The notes beneath the pieces were generated by a model. That model did not search any database. It had not been told where the DNA came from and saw only the letters and a list, made by a program, of their open reading frames with translations. Position numbers and translations under genes: made by a program. A stretch of 61,469 nucleotides of DNA from NCBI GenBank assembly GCA_964530075.1, contig CAZGXU010000005.1, forward strand, positions 1-61,469, read 5' to 3'. Source of the stretch: an uncultured Thermotogae bacterium (GTDB lineage Bacteria; Bipolaricaulota; Bipolaricaulia; UBA7950; UBA9294). Positions 53,095-61,469 of the stretch are shown here, one piece after another. Position 1 is the stretch's first letter; each line of letters opens with the position of its first letter.

Positions 53095-53541
53095 TTATCG
53101 CCTCCTGAGTTCCTGTTGAACGATCTCGACGACCCGAGGAACGGAACGGCGGACGACGGTCGACAGGTCGAGCCCCCACTCGATCTTCTCCGGCTCGACC
53201 CCGATCACGACGACTTCCGGGGCCTCCCCCGGCGGGCTGAGCGCGCGGAGCGTCTCCAGCAAGCCCACGTCGTGGCTCGCCCGTCGGACACCGGCGGGAT
53301 CGGGTTCGACCCCGTCGCCGAACCGATATACCGTGCCCGGCGCCTCCCCGCCGCGGACCGTGTCGACGACGATCACGCGATCGAGCCCGTCGAGGTCGAA
53401 CGCGACGTCCGGGTCGGTCCCCGCGTCGATCACCAGTACCCCTTCGGGAAGCTCCGCGTCGGCCAGCGCGCGGGCGACGTGAACGCCGACCCCCTCGTCC
53501 CTCATCAGTCCGTTCCCGATCCCGACGATCGCCGTTCTCAT
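53095..53541 (-). CDS. [NiFe]-hydrogenase maturation endopeptidase (HyaD/HybD/HoxM family)
   Basis: 148 aa from ATG 53541. AIVGIGNGLMRDEGVGVHV...VIDAGT...VIVVD...G.PGTVYRF...SHD.GL... family pattern. Its stop abuts the metV start with no spacer. Confidence 0.85.
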   Translation of the reverse strand: MRTAIVGIGNGLMRDEGVGVHVARALADAELPEGVLVIDAGTDPDVAFDLDGLDRVIVVDTVRGGEAPGTVYRFGDGVEPDPAGVRRASHDVGLLETLRALSPPGEAPEVVVIGVEPEKIEWGLDLSTVVRRSVPRVVEIVQQELRRR

Positions 53542-53549
53542 CGCGCCTC

Positions 53550-55085
53550 CTAGCTCACCACGTACCGCCCCAACGATCTGCCGCGGGGCGTGTTCAGGTG
53601 GACGGCGCAGGCCAGACACGGATCGAACGAGCGGACGATCCGGACGATCTCGAACGGGTTCTCATCGTCCCGGATCGGCGTGCCGACGATCGCCTGCTCG
53701 ACCGGACCCGGGTTCCCCTGTTCGTCCTTCGGCGAAGCGTTCCACGTCGTCGGGACGACGCACTGGTAGTGGTCGATGACTCCGTTCTTCAGTCGGACCC
53801 AGTGGCCGAGCGCCCCTCGCGGAGCGGCGGTCAGCCCGGCCCCTTCTCCTTCGTCGGGGATCTCGTACGGCGCGTAGACCTCACCGCCCGGCACGAGGTC
53901 GAGGACCCAGTCGGCCATCGCGTCGGCGACGAGCTTGCATTCGATCGCACGGGCCGCGTGGCGTCCGAGAACCGAGTTCAGTGCCGCCGGTTCGGCGTCG
54001 AGCGCGCTGAGAACGTGGTCGATCAACCCCTTGACCTTCTCGTTTCCGCGACCGTAGTTCACGAGCATCCGCGCCAGCGGGCCGCCCTCGTAGACGCGGC
54101 CGTCGTAGCGGGGTGACTTCAGCCACGAGTATCCCTCCTCCTTCGTCGGGGCCGGCTCCGTCTTCCCCGCCGTCGGATGCCGGGATTCCCCGTCGTCCGA
54201 ATACCAGGAGTGGGCGACCGACTCGGTGATCTTCCCGACGTCGAGCTCCTGGGGAGCGAGGTCCATCGAGGTCGTGCCCGAGTCGAGGAAGCGGCCGCTC
54301 TCGAGACGGAATCCCCCGTAGCTGATGAAGCTTCCGCATCCGCCGCCGATCTCGGTGTAGTCGCCGTAAGCGCGCGCGACCTCAAGGACGTCGGGGACGT
54401 AGACGTGGTCGATGAAGTGGCGGATCTCGTTCAGCCGCCAGAGGAAACCGGCGATCGTGTCGACCTCGGGGATCTGTGTGACGCCGCCGGGGACGATCCC
54501 GACGTTGTGCGGCATCTTCCCGCCGAATACCGCCAGGAGCTCGTGCGCCTTCCGCCGGACGTCGAACGCCTGCACGTAGTGTGACGCGAGGAGCTGCGCG
54601 ACGTCGGTCGGGAATCGATAATCCCCTTCGTACCGCGGGACGAACGGGCCGAGCTCGCCGCGGCCGAGGAACGCCTTCGCTGCAAGCAGGCCCGGATCCG
54701 AGCCCTCGTAGGTCGCGACCTCCGTCACGTCGACGTAGTCGAGCGCCGCCAGATGGTAGAAGTGCAGGACGTGGGACTGGATGTAGTTGCAGCCGAGGAT
54801 GAGGTTTCGGATGACCCGACCGTTCGTCGGGATCCGATCGGCGATCCCGAACGCCTCGTCGAGCGCGAACGTCGACGCCGTCGCGTGCGCCGTCGGGCAG
54901 ACGCCGCAGATCCGCTGCGTGATCCGGGGCGCGTCGCGAGGGTCCCGCCCCCGAAGGATCAGCTCGATCCCTCGGAACAGCGTCCCCGTGCTTCGCGCCT
55001 CCACGACGACGCCGTCGTCGACGGTCGCTTCGATCTTCAGGTGCCCCTCGATCCGCGTGACGGGATCGATGACGACCGTTCGCAT
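53550..55085 (-). CDS. [NiFe]-hydrogenase large subunit
   Basis: 511 aa. IDPVTRIEGHLKIE, L1 motif RICGVCPTAH, C-terminal L2 motif DPCLACAVH followed by a 16-residue extension (LNTPRGRSLGRYVVS-type cleavable tail). Confidence 0.9.
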   Translation of the reverse strand: MRTVVIDPVTRIEGHLKIEATVDDGVVVEARSTGTLFRGIELILRGRDPRDAPRITQRICGVCPTAHATASTFALDEAFGIADRIPTNGRVIRNLILGCNYIQSHVLHFYHLAALDYVDVTEVATYEGSDPGLLAAKAFLGRGELGPFVPRYEGDYRFPTDVAQLLASHYVQAFDVRRKAHELLAVFGGKMPHNVGIVPGGVTQIPEVDTIAGFLWRLNEIRHFIDHVYVPDVLEVARAYGDYTEIGGGCGSFISYGGFRLESGRFLDSGTTSMDLAPQELDVGKITESVAHSWYSDDGESRHPTAGKTEPAPTKEEGYSWLKSPRYDGRVYEGGPLARMLVNYGRGNEKVKGLIDHVLSALDAEPAALNSVLGRHAARAIECKLVADAMADWVLDLVPGGEVYAPYEIPDEGEGAGLTAAPRGALGHWVRLKNGVIDHYQCVVPTTWNASPKDEQGNPGPVEQAIVGTPIRDDENPFEIVRIVRSFDPCLACAVHLNTPRGRSLGRYVVS

Positions 55086-55087
55086 GG

Positions 55088-55948
55088 TCAGGACTCCTTC
55101 CTCGGCACCAGAAGGGCCTCTTCCGGAAGCCTCTCGTAGAACGGTGAGATCAGGTCCGGGAACTCCGGCTCGACGCAGCCGTTGCACGGCGCGCCGCTGC
55201 CGATCACCCAGTTGGTTCCGTTGTTCCAGCGCCGCAACGGGCAGTCGGCGTGGGCGATCGTTCCCTTGCAGCCCAGCTTGTACAGGCAGCCCTCGTCGCT
55301 GAGGTGCTGCGCGAACTTCCCCTCATCGAAGTACGCGCGGCGTGGGCAGTTCTCGTGTATCAACCGGCCGAAGAACCGGGTCGGCCGTCCGAGCTCGTCG
55401 ACCTCCACCGCGGACAGCCCGCCGACCAGGATGGTCGCGATCGTTCCGATGAACCAGTCCGGGTGCGGCGGGCACCCGGGGACGTTGATCAGCGGCGCGT
55501 CGATCCCCTTCTCCTTGAGGAGGGCTCCGACGCTGACGCAGCCCCCCGGATTGGGATCGGCGGCGAAGATCCCGCCGAACGATGCGCAGGTTCCGAGCCC
55601 GACGATCGCCATGGCGTTCTTGGCCAGCGCGACCACGCGATCGACCATCGGCTCCTCGCCGAGCGTACCGTAGACGCCGCCGTCCCTCGTCGGAATCGAT
55701 CCCTCGACGACCAGCACGTACGAACCGGGATCGCCCTTCGCGGCCGCGTCGAGGACCTCGACGACCGGCTCGCCGGATCCAGCCATCACCGTGGCCTGGA
55801 ACCGGAGGTTGACGTGGCGCCCCGGAATCACCTCGCTGAGGAGGACGTCCGTGATCTTCGGCGCGGCCGAGTTGAGCACGGACACAGAACAACCGCTGCA
55901 CGTGGCGGCCTGGATCCAAACCACCGGAATCTCTCGGGTTTCTGGCAT
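55088..55948 (-). CDS. [NiFe]-hydrogenase small subunit, no Tat signal
   Basis: 286 aa. Proximal-cluster Cys (ATCSGCSVS, GTCASFGG, GCPP) and distal/medial cluster region HENCPRR...GCLYKLGCKG...C...PCNGCVEPEF. The N-terminus MPETREIPVVWIQ lacks an RRxFxK twin-arginine leader. Confidence 0.9.
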   Translation of the reverse strand: MPETREIPVVWIQAATCSGCSVSVLNSAAPKITDVLLSEVIPGRHVNLRFQATVMAGSGEPVVEVLDAAAKGDPGSYVLVVEGSIPTRDGGVYGTLGEEPMVDRVVALAKNAMAIVGLGTCASFGGIFAADPNPGGCVSVGALLKEKGIDAPLINVPGCPPHPDWFIGTIATILVGGLSAVEVDELGRPTRFFGRLIHENCPRRAYFDEGKFAQHLSDEGCLYKLGCKGTIAHADCPLRRWNNGTNWVIGSGAPCNGCVEPEFPDLISPFYERLPEEALLVPRKES

Positions 55949-56011
55949 CGTCTCACCCTCCCTCGGGGCGAATGCTTGCGCCGTTTGATCTGCAGAAAAA
56001 CGCGACGAACT

Positions 56012-56040
56012 ACTATACGAAAACTCAGTCGGGAAGTGAA
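56012..56040 (-). promoter_or_regulatory. Candidate sigma70-type promoter of the hydrogenase-metVF operon
   Basis: On the minus strand: TTCACT (56040-56035), 17-nt spacer, TATAGT (56017-56012), in an unusually AT-rich patch about 65 nt upstream of the small-subunit ATG. By-eye match only. Confidence 0.3.
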
Positions 56041-56205
56041 ATCCGGTCGGCTACGATCTGCAGTCGTCCGGTCGATGGGGAGACGATCACCGGACGCGAC
56101 GTCCCGTCTTCCAGCCCGGAGTTCGCGCGCCGGCCCATCCGGAAGGCGAAACCGAGAGGAGGGAGGCGCGTGCCTCTCTTCTCTCGGCTCGCAGAACCTG
56201 AATCT

Positions 56206-57159
56206 CTAGAGCGTTATCGGTTCTGTCTGGACCCCCCATTCGAATTCGCCGTAGCGCGTCCACAGGAAGTACGCGTGGATTTGATCGATCTCGGGCTCAA
56301 TCCCCTGGGGATGATCGAGCGACGTCGTGACCGCGGCACCCTCGTCGGGCATGCAGTCCGTCGGTCCCAGAAAATCGCCGAGGACCGAACTCAGGTTCGT
56401 GACGCCGTCATCGCCTCCGAGATCGGCGAGAGGGATCGTCAGTGTGAGCGCGCTCCCTGAGACGGCGGGCGCCGCATCTCCCACATCCACCAGGGTCGTT
56501 GCCGAGATGACGTCGTAGTTCCCCGCCGCATTCCGCTGGAACAGCGAGACGAATAGATCGGACCCGATGGCGGAGATCGGAGTACACGGACAGTACGTCG
56601 CGTTCGCCGACGCGAATCCCGTGGTGCTCGACTCATCGACATCGAAGTCGATGAATCCCGCCAAGTCACCCGGTCCAGCCACGGCATTCGCGGCCGGTAG
56701 CACCGGAGGCGTAGCCGAGTCGAACAGCACGGTGATGGTCAACGCCGTGGACGTCCTTGCCGTCGAGATACTGACGACATCGAAGGTCGCAGGACCGAAC
56801 ATGTCGCCAACTGCGTCGACGATCTCCGCGGTCGCAGACGGGACGAGCGTCACCACCGCCGAGCCGGTGCTCACAGCAACGTCCGTGTACGTGGCCCTGA
56901 TCGTCACTGTCGTGACCGCCGTGACGGTCGCCGGGGCCGTGTACACGCCAGCAGCCGAGATCGTGCCTGGCCCCGCGTCGACGGTCCACGTCACCGTCAC
57001 GGGATTGCCAAACTGATCTGTCGCAGCAAAGGCCACGGTCTCCCCTGCCTCCACAATTGCCGAGAGTGGAACGACGGTCAGTGTCTGAACGCGCATGCAG
57101 CCAGCCAGCAGAACCAGGGCCAGGACCAGAACCGGTCCCACAAGATGCGTTCGTTTCAT
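56206..57159 (-). CDS. Lipoprotein with Ig-like (Big_2-type) domain
   Basis: ATG 57159 after AGGAGAG. Signal plus lipobox MKRTHLVGPVLVLALVLLAGC. Ig-like segment LTVVPLSAIVEAGETVAFAATDQFGNPVTVTWTVDAGPGTISAAGVYTAP. The remainder is uncharacterised. Confidence 0.6.
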   Translation of the reverse strand: MKRTHLVGPVLVLALVLLAGCMRVQTLTVVPLSAIVEAGETVAFAATDQFGNPVTVTWTVDAGPGTISAAGVYTAPATVTAVTTVTIRATYTDVAVSTGSAVVTLVPSATAEIVDAVGDMFGPATFDVVSISTARTSTALTITVLFDSATPPVLPAANAVAGPGDLAGFIDFDVDESSTTGFASANATYCPCTPISAIGSDLFVSLFQRNAAGNYDVISATTLVDVGDAAPAVSGSALTLTIPLADLGGDDGVTNLSSVLGDFLGPTDCMPDEGAAVTTSLDHPQGIEPEIDQIHAYFLWTRYGEFEWGVQTEPITL

Positions 57160-57535
57160 TGCACTCTCCTCTGACACGGTCTCATCAAGCGACCTGACGA
57201 ACGGATCGAGAATACCTCCGATTCGTCGCGCTCCGGAGGATAGCAGGGAGCCCGACAGGGGAAATACGTTCCCTCCGCACAGCACCATACCGACCAAAAC
57301 GATGCCGCGTGCGCACCGCGAAATGGACGTGCGCGACGCCGCGCGTGTCCCTCGGCCACGAGTCTCTTGTCCTCCCCGAGCCGGTTCGCTCCGTCTAGTG
57401 TGAGGACGGGCGAACCACACAGAGACGAGTCCGCTTGGGGCGCTGCGATTTGACCTGTTCGACCTCCGTCGCAGCGCCCTTCGCCATATCGATGTCACGT
57501 GAGACGCCCTTCCCCGGGGCGCGTATACTCCCACC

Positions 57536-58252
57536 ATGCGCCGCTACGAGAAAGAGGGGAAGCTGATCACGCAGATCGGATCGCTCCCGTTCGCCGACGT
57601 GGATCGCGCGGTCGCCTACAGCCTGGACCACGACATCCCGTTCCTCCCCGAGCTGACCGCGCTCGGCGACGCGATGCTTCACTACATCAAGGAACCGGGG
57701 CACCTCAGCTGCCTCGACGCGTTCAAGCGCCACCGGTTCGACACGGTGAAGATCCAGTGCATCGGTCCGGCGACCCTGCTGCAGAACGGCTACGACGAGG
57801 ACGACGCGATCTCGCGCGTCTACGCGCACATCGAGGCGATCCTCGACGGCCTCGCGGCCGACGAGACGATCCTCTTCCTCGATGAGCCGGCCCTCGGTTA
57901 CGCCGGGTTCGACTACCGGCGGCTGTGGGTCCCGTTGTTCGAGAGCTTCCCCGTCGTCCGCGGCGTGCACGTCTGCGGAAACATGCAGTGGGACCAGCTC
58001 TTCGACGCCGAGATCGACATCATCAGCTTCGATGCCTCGAAGTACGACATCACCAAGTACTACCAGCAATCGCGAAACGAGAAGCGGATCGCGTGGGGAA
58101 TCGAGCGCCTCGAGCACGTCGCCGACTACCGCCCCGGGGATCTGATCACCCTCCCCTGCGGGATGCCGCATCGCGCCCACACCGAGGCTCAGGCCAAGGA
58201 GCAGTTCGGCATGCTCCGCGACGTCGCGGAGTCGATCCGGAAGATCCGCTGA
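57536..58252 (+). CDS. Hypothetical protein, possibly a minimal UROD/MetE-like TIM barrel
   Basis: 238 aa. GSLPFADVDRAV near the N-terminus, and VRGVHVCGNMQWDQLFDAEIDIISFDA echoes the H-x-C-G-N strand of the URO-D paralogues. Assignment is weak. Confidence 0.35.
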   Translation: MRRYEKEGKLITQIGSLPFADVDRAVAYSLDHDIPFLPELTALGDAMLHYIKEPGHLSCLDAFKRHRFDTVKIQCIGPATLLQNGYDEDDAISRVYAHIEAILDGLAADETILFLDEPALGYAGFDYRRLWVPLFESFPVVRGVHVCGNMQWDQLFDAEIDIISFDASKYDITKYYQQSRNEKRIAWGIERLEHVADYRPGDLITLPCGMPHRAHTEAQAKEQFGMLRDVAESIRKIR

Positions 58253-58652
58253 GCAGGCAAGCAACGACTCCCTCGCCCCAACTTCCGGCCGTGGCTTACC
58301 GCGTCGATGACGGGAACCATATGGCCGTCCTCGTCGAAGTCACCGGCTCTGCAGTCACGAGGTTTCACAATCTGCAAACGGACGTCGACCAGGGCATTGC
58401 TGTCGATAACGACGGAGTGGGCAATCCCACCGCAGATCGTCGGATCGAGTTACATCCGATCTTCGAAGCACTCGTCACTGCCGAGATCCGAAGCTCCGAA
58501 CGGATCGGCATGATCCTGTGGAGTCCATAACATCACGCTGTGTTGATACTAGCGGGTCGCAAGTCACAGCGCCTTCTGAAACGAACGCGAGACGAAGGGG
58601 GAGAAGTATAGCAACGTAACGCTGTTCTTAAAGTCTGCCTGGGAGGAGGACG

Positions 58653-59813
58653 ATGTCAACGAAACCTGCAGTCCGAGTCGGCGGCAGCGGCGCCTACACC
58701 ACGATGTGGGAGTGGCATCTCGAGGGGACGAATCACGAGATCGGTCGGGACTTGGCGACGTGGGGCCGCGATCAGCTCGGAGCAGCCCCGCTGCCCTGTC
58801 CGGACGAGAGACGGATCGCATCTCAGCGGCGGTTCTTCCAGAGGTTCTACCCGCCCCACTACCAGCGGATGCGCGGGGTCGCAGAGGCATTTGGGCTTTC
58901 CATCGACGAGGGGTCGAGCGACGTCTCGTCCCTCTGGTTCGACATCGGGCTTCCCGGCTGTACCGCGGCGTTCGTCCCGGGCGCCCGTATGGAGACGGGC
59001 GGTCCTCACGTCCTTCGAAACATGGACTTCGGAATCGACCTGTCGCCGCAGGCCGCGGTCCGCCCGGCCTCTCGCCTGGTCGTGCTCGGCCTCCGACCGG
59101 ATGAAGGGTACGAATCCCTCGGGATCGTCGTGTTCGATCTGCTCGGCGCGATGGACGGGATCAACGAGAAGGGGCTCGTCGTCGTCTGCAACGCGCATGC
59201 CGACTACAGGCTCGATCCGGCCTACAGGTTCGAGCGGGTCGAGCATCCCGAGGCCGGGCTGAACGAACTCCAGGTCGTCCGCTGTCTCCTCGACCTGTGC
59301 TCGGACGTCAAGGAAGCGAAGGACGCCCTGTTGTCGCTCCGGTGGTACTACGGGTACACACCCTGCCTGTATCTCGTTGCCGACGTGCAGGGGCGAGCCT
59401 TCGTCTGCGAGAAGTCCCCGTCCGGAAACCGCATCCGCTTCACCGAGCGAGACGGCGAACCCCTCGTCATGACCAACTTCGGCCTCACCCGCTTCCCGAC
59501 TGATGCCGCCCTGCCCACGGACGACGGACCCGACAAGGGGTTCGCCTACACGCGGTATCGCCTGGTCAACGCCGCACTCGCGCCCTGCGATGGCCCCCTC
59601 GGCACGGAGGAACTCGCGTCGATCGCTGCGCGCGCCTCGTTCGATGCGCTTTCCGGACCGAAGCGGGACGGGAACGAGCACCCCGACCGCACGATCTGGA
59701 CCAGCCTCTACGACATCGAGGCCCGCCGGATGCTCGTCTCGTGCTATCTCAGCGAGGAGGATCGGACGAATCGATCGGAGTTCGTCGAGATCGCGCTCGA
59801 CACCACTCCGTGA
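58653..59813 (+). CDS. Peptidase C45 / acyl-CoA:6-APA acyltransferase-like Ntn hydrolase
   Basis: 386 aa after GGGAGGAGGA. Candidate nucleophile context LPGCTAAF, ...LRNMDF..., ...GINEKGLVV..., ...TNFGL... blocks reminiscent of C45/choloylglycine-type Ntn hydrolases. Confidence 0.65.
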   Translation: MSTKPAVRVGGSGAYTTMWEWHLEGTNHEIGRDLATWGRDQLGAAPLPCPDERRIASQRRFFQRFYPPHYQRMRGVAEAFGLSIDEGSSDVSSLWFDIGLPGCTAAFVPGARMETGGPHVLRNMDFGIDLSPQAAVRPASRLVVLGLRPDEGYESLGIVVFDLLGAMDGINEKGLVVVCNAHADYRLDPAYRFERVEHPEAGLNELQVVRCLLDLCSDVKEAKDALLSLRWYYGYTPCLYLVADVQGRAFVCEKSPSGNRIRFTERDGEPLVMTNFGLTRFPTDAALPTDDGPDKGFAYTRYRLVNAALAPCDGPLGTEELASIAARASFDALSGPKRDGNEHPDRTIWTSLYDIEARRMLVSCYLSEEDRTNRSEFVEIALDTTP

Positions 59814-60134
59814 GATCGCAGGACTCCCCAGTCTTGTCCGCTGTCGCGATCGTCGGCGTCGTCAGGGCTCTGTTCCCCGAGGGAATAGGCCTTCACCTCT
59901 TCCTGTGGTGCCACGAGCTCAGCTCCGCAGGCGTAGGAGCCCCTCACGACGCGGCCGCAGGCGAGGCGCACCGAGCCAGCCTCGACGGATGAACCGAGCC
60001 GTCCCGGAGCGGCACGAACGGATGATGGATCGGTCCGAGGAGCGCCTTCCTGATCCGAGTGGCTCGCCCTGCGGGAAGCCCGTCGAAGGAAGCGCTGGTC
60101 GGTCGACTGCCAAGGAGGATGGAAGGAGGATGGG

Positions 60135-60929
60135 ATGACACATGCGGACGTGGAGTCGGGTCGAACGGAGCTCAGGCTGGAAGTGTCCCCGGGAGTGAAG
60201 CTTCACTTCGTCATCTGGCCGGGCGAGGGGCCGGTGATCCTTCTCGAATCCGGTGGCGGCGAGGACCTCACGCAGTGGGGCGACATTCCCCGGGACGTCG
60301 TCTCCAGGACCGGCGCAACGGTCGTCACCTACTCCCGCGCAGGCTTCGGCGAGAGCGACCTTCCGGACACCCCGTACGACATGAAAGAGGAAGTCGACTG
60401 GCTCCTCGCGGGGCTCCGGCAGATACACCTCGATCGCGACCTGGTCCTCGTCGGGCATTCCTACGGCGGATGGCTCATCCGGCTGATCGCGCACGAGGCT
60501 CCGGACCGCGTGATCGGAATGGTCTTCGTCGATCCCTTCTCGCATGAGCTGGTAGCGCGCGTCGGTGCGGAGGCAATGGACCAGATGTCCAACGCCGAGA
60601 GCATCGAGGCGATTCCCGAATCGGAGCGTACGAAAGCGCAGCGGGCGGACGTTCGGATGATGAAGGGGGGGATCGCGCCGAAGGCCGAGCTGATGGAGCA
60701 AACCGTCTTCCCGCAGGATCTTCCGTACCGGGTGATCACATGCGGCCAGACCGATTGGCTCGGGCCCGCCGGCGAGATGTGGCGCTCGGTGCACGAAGAG
60801 CTTGCAGCCAAGACCGGTCACGGCAAGCTGCTCATCGCAGAGGGCGCCCGGCACATGATTCCTGCCGATGCGCCGCAGACCATCGTCGCTGCCGTCGAGG
60901 CGGTAGTCGGCGAGGCCCAGCGAGTGTGA
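60135..60929 (+). CDS. Alpha/beta-fold hydrolase
   Basis: 264 aa. Oxyanion region VILLESGGG, nucleophile elbow VGHSYGG, C-terminal ...EGARHMIP (catalytic His). Confidence 0.85.
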   Translation: MTHADVESGRTELRLEVSPGVKLHFVIWPGEGPVILLESGGGEDLTQWGDIPRDVVSRTGATVVTYSRAGFGESDLPDTPYDMKEEVDWLLAGLRQIHLDRDLVLVGHSYGGWLIRLIAHEAPDRVIGMVFVDPFSHELVARVGAEAMDQMSNAESIEAIPESERTKAQRADVRMMKGGIAPKAELMEQTVFPQDLPYRVITCGQTDWLGPAGEMWRSVHEELAAKTGHGKLLIAEGARHMIPADAPQTIVAAVEAVVGEAQRV

Positions 60930-61203
60930 TATCCCGGACCGCATGACTCCAAGATCTCCCAAGCACCTGAGTCATCGCGGCAGCTTCGTCCGGCGGACAG
61001 CGTCCGCGAGCGCAAGTCCCTTTCGAAGCCGAAGCCCGGGAAGCTGCTTGCGCACCTTCGGCAGCAGAACGCCAGACGCGCGGTCTCGTCGCTGTTCACC
61101 TTCCGCAGCTCACCTACCGCGAGCTTCGCCGACGGCAGTTCCCGCCGCGTGTGGCAATCGGATAGGATTCTCGGGGGAATCACTACCAGGGTGGGTTGGG
61201 TGA

Positions 61204-61469
61204 GGGGCCTTACCGATATCAACGGTCGTCGCTGCACTGATCGCTGGCTGTGGAGCCGGTGCCGTCACGGGCTTGATCGGGGCGAGCGCCGTCACGTTCG
61301 CTGTTCCGGTGCTCGTGCTGTTCGCGTGCGTTTCCGCCTACCAAGCCATCGGAGTCAGCTTGCTGACGGATGTCGTGGCATCGCTCGTCGCCGTTGTACA
61401 GTTGGGAGGCACACCGGCGGAGGCCGATGCCAAGGGGTATGGGTTTTCGGGGATGAGAGGGTGCGCACA
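61204..61469 (+). CDS. Partial (5') TauE/SafE-like membrane protein, runs off the window
   Basis: Open frame after TGA 61201-61203 reads ...STVVAALIAGCGAGAVTGLIGASAVTFAVPVLVLFACVSAYQAIGVSLLTDVVASLVA, resembling the first two TM helices of sulfite-exporter TauE family proteins. Start codon not identified. Confidence 0.35.

Noticed and set aside
51536-53179. 547-aa ORF suggesting a single large MetF fusion protein.
   Set aside because: Only the C-terminal 288 aa (from ATG 52402) match MTHFR. The upstream part is the out-of-frame shadow of metV, which is encoded in another frame (52399..53094) with convincing Cys motifs.
55088-55948. Tat signal on the hydrogenase small subunit, implying a periplasmic uptake hydrogenase.
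   Set aside because: The N-terminus is MPETREIPVVW, directly preceding the first cluster Cys. There is no RRxFxK motif or hydrophobic h-region, and extending the ORF upstream is not possible.
58253-58652. Lower-GC 400-bp gap with short ORFs (58307..58513 +, 58189..58377 -): possible ncRNA or toxin-antitoxin remnant.
   Set aside because: There is no convincing RBS/start, no recognisable domain, and no stable extended secondary structure or conserved RNA motif that I could identify by eye. Left unannotated.
60930-61203. ORF 60818..61237 (-) and neighbouring small ORFs between the alpha/beta hydrolase and the TauE-like fragment.
   Set aside because: The translation is Arg/Ser/Cys-rich without motifs and overlaps the hydrolase 3' end. 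It is probably non-coding.
1-61469. tRNA, rRNA, CRISPR arrays, IS elements and prophage genes.
   Set aside because: I scanned the intergenic regions (1507-1894, 5425-6241, 9760-9999, 10423-10643, 23232-23580, 55949-56205, 58253-58652, 59814-60134, 60930-61203). There are no cloverleaf-like conserved tRNA boxes, no regularly spaced direct repeats, and no transposase or integrase-like ORFs.

Overview
High-GC bacterial chromosomal window (single 60-nt lines counted by hand are about 70% G+C in typical genes and about 48-57% in one island). It probably comes from an anaerobic, uncultured lineage. I found no rRNA, tRNA, CRISPR array, transposase or integrase. Left part (1-15.9 kb): two B12-binding radical SAM genes, a DEAD-box helicase, an ArsR/ABC-2 exporter/MFS block scarred by repeated MFS 5' fragments and a dehydrogenase remnant, a SnoaL-like protein, a frameshifted AlkZ-like gene, a cNMP-domain::D-lactate-dehydrogenase fusion, a lipoprotein, a GNAT and a wHTH protein. 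Centre (16-51.5 kb), the main point of interest: a complete corrinoid methyl-transfer toolkit. It comprises a BtuFCD-like importer, a [2Fe-2S]-ASKHA corrinoid reductive activator, a pterin-binding methyl-THF:corrinoid methyltransferase, one B12-binding corrinoid protein and six URO-D/MT2-family methyltransferase paralogues. This toolkit is physically interleaved with a LacI-controlled carbohydrate locus: family-5 SBP plus two permeases, DUF2961/GH172, two FucI-like isomerases, an FGGY kinase, an aldo-keto reductase, two ~630-aa GH-like paralogues, and NagB/GH4/BadF-type kinase. Twenty-two genes (26035-51461) are co-directional with gaps of at most 77 nt or small overlaps. Right part: a tightly coupled minus-strand operon encoding a signal-less [NiFe]-hydrogenase (small and large subunits), its maturation protease and acetogen-type MetV-MetF methylene-THF reductase. 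This is followed by a lipoprotein, a UROD/MetE-like orphan, a C45/Ntn hydrolase, an alpha/beta hydrolase and a partial TauE-like gene. My leading hypothesis is an undescribed anaerobic, corrinoid-dependent demethylation pathway for O-methylated sugars or methoxylated glycosides, feeding methyl groups into the THF pool with a hydrogenase-linked MTHFR as redox outlet. All functional calls come from motif and family recognition by eye; no searches were run.
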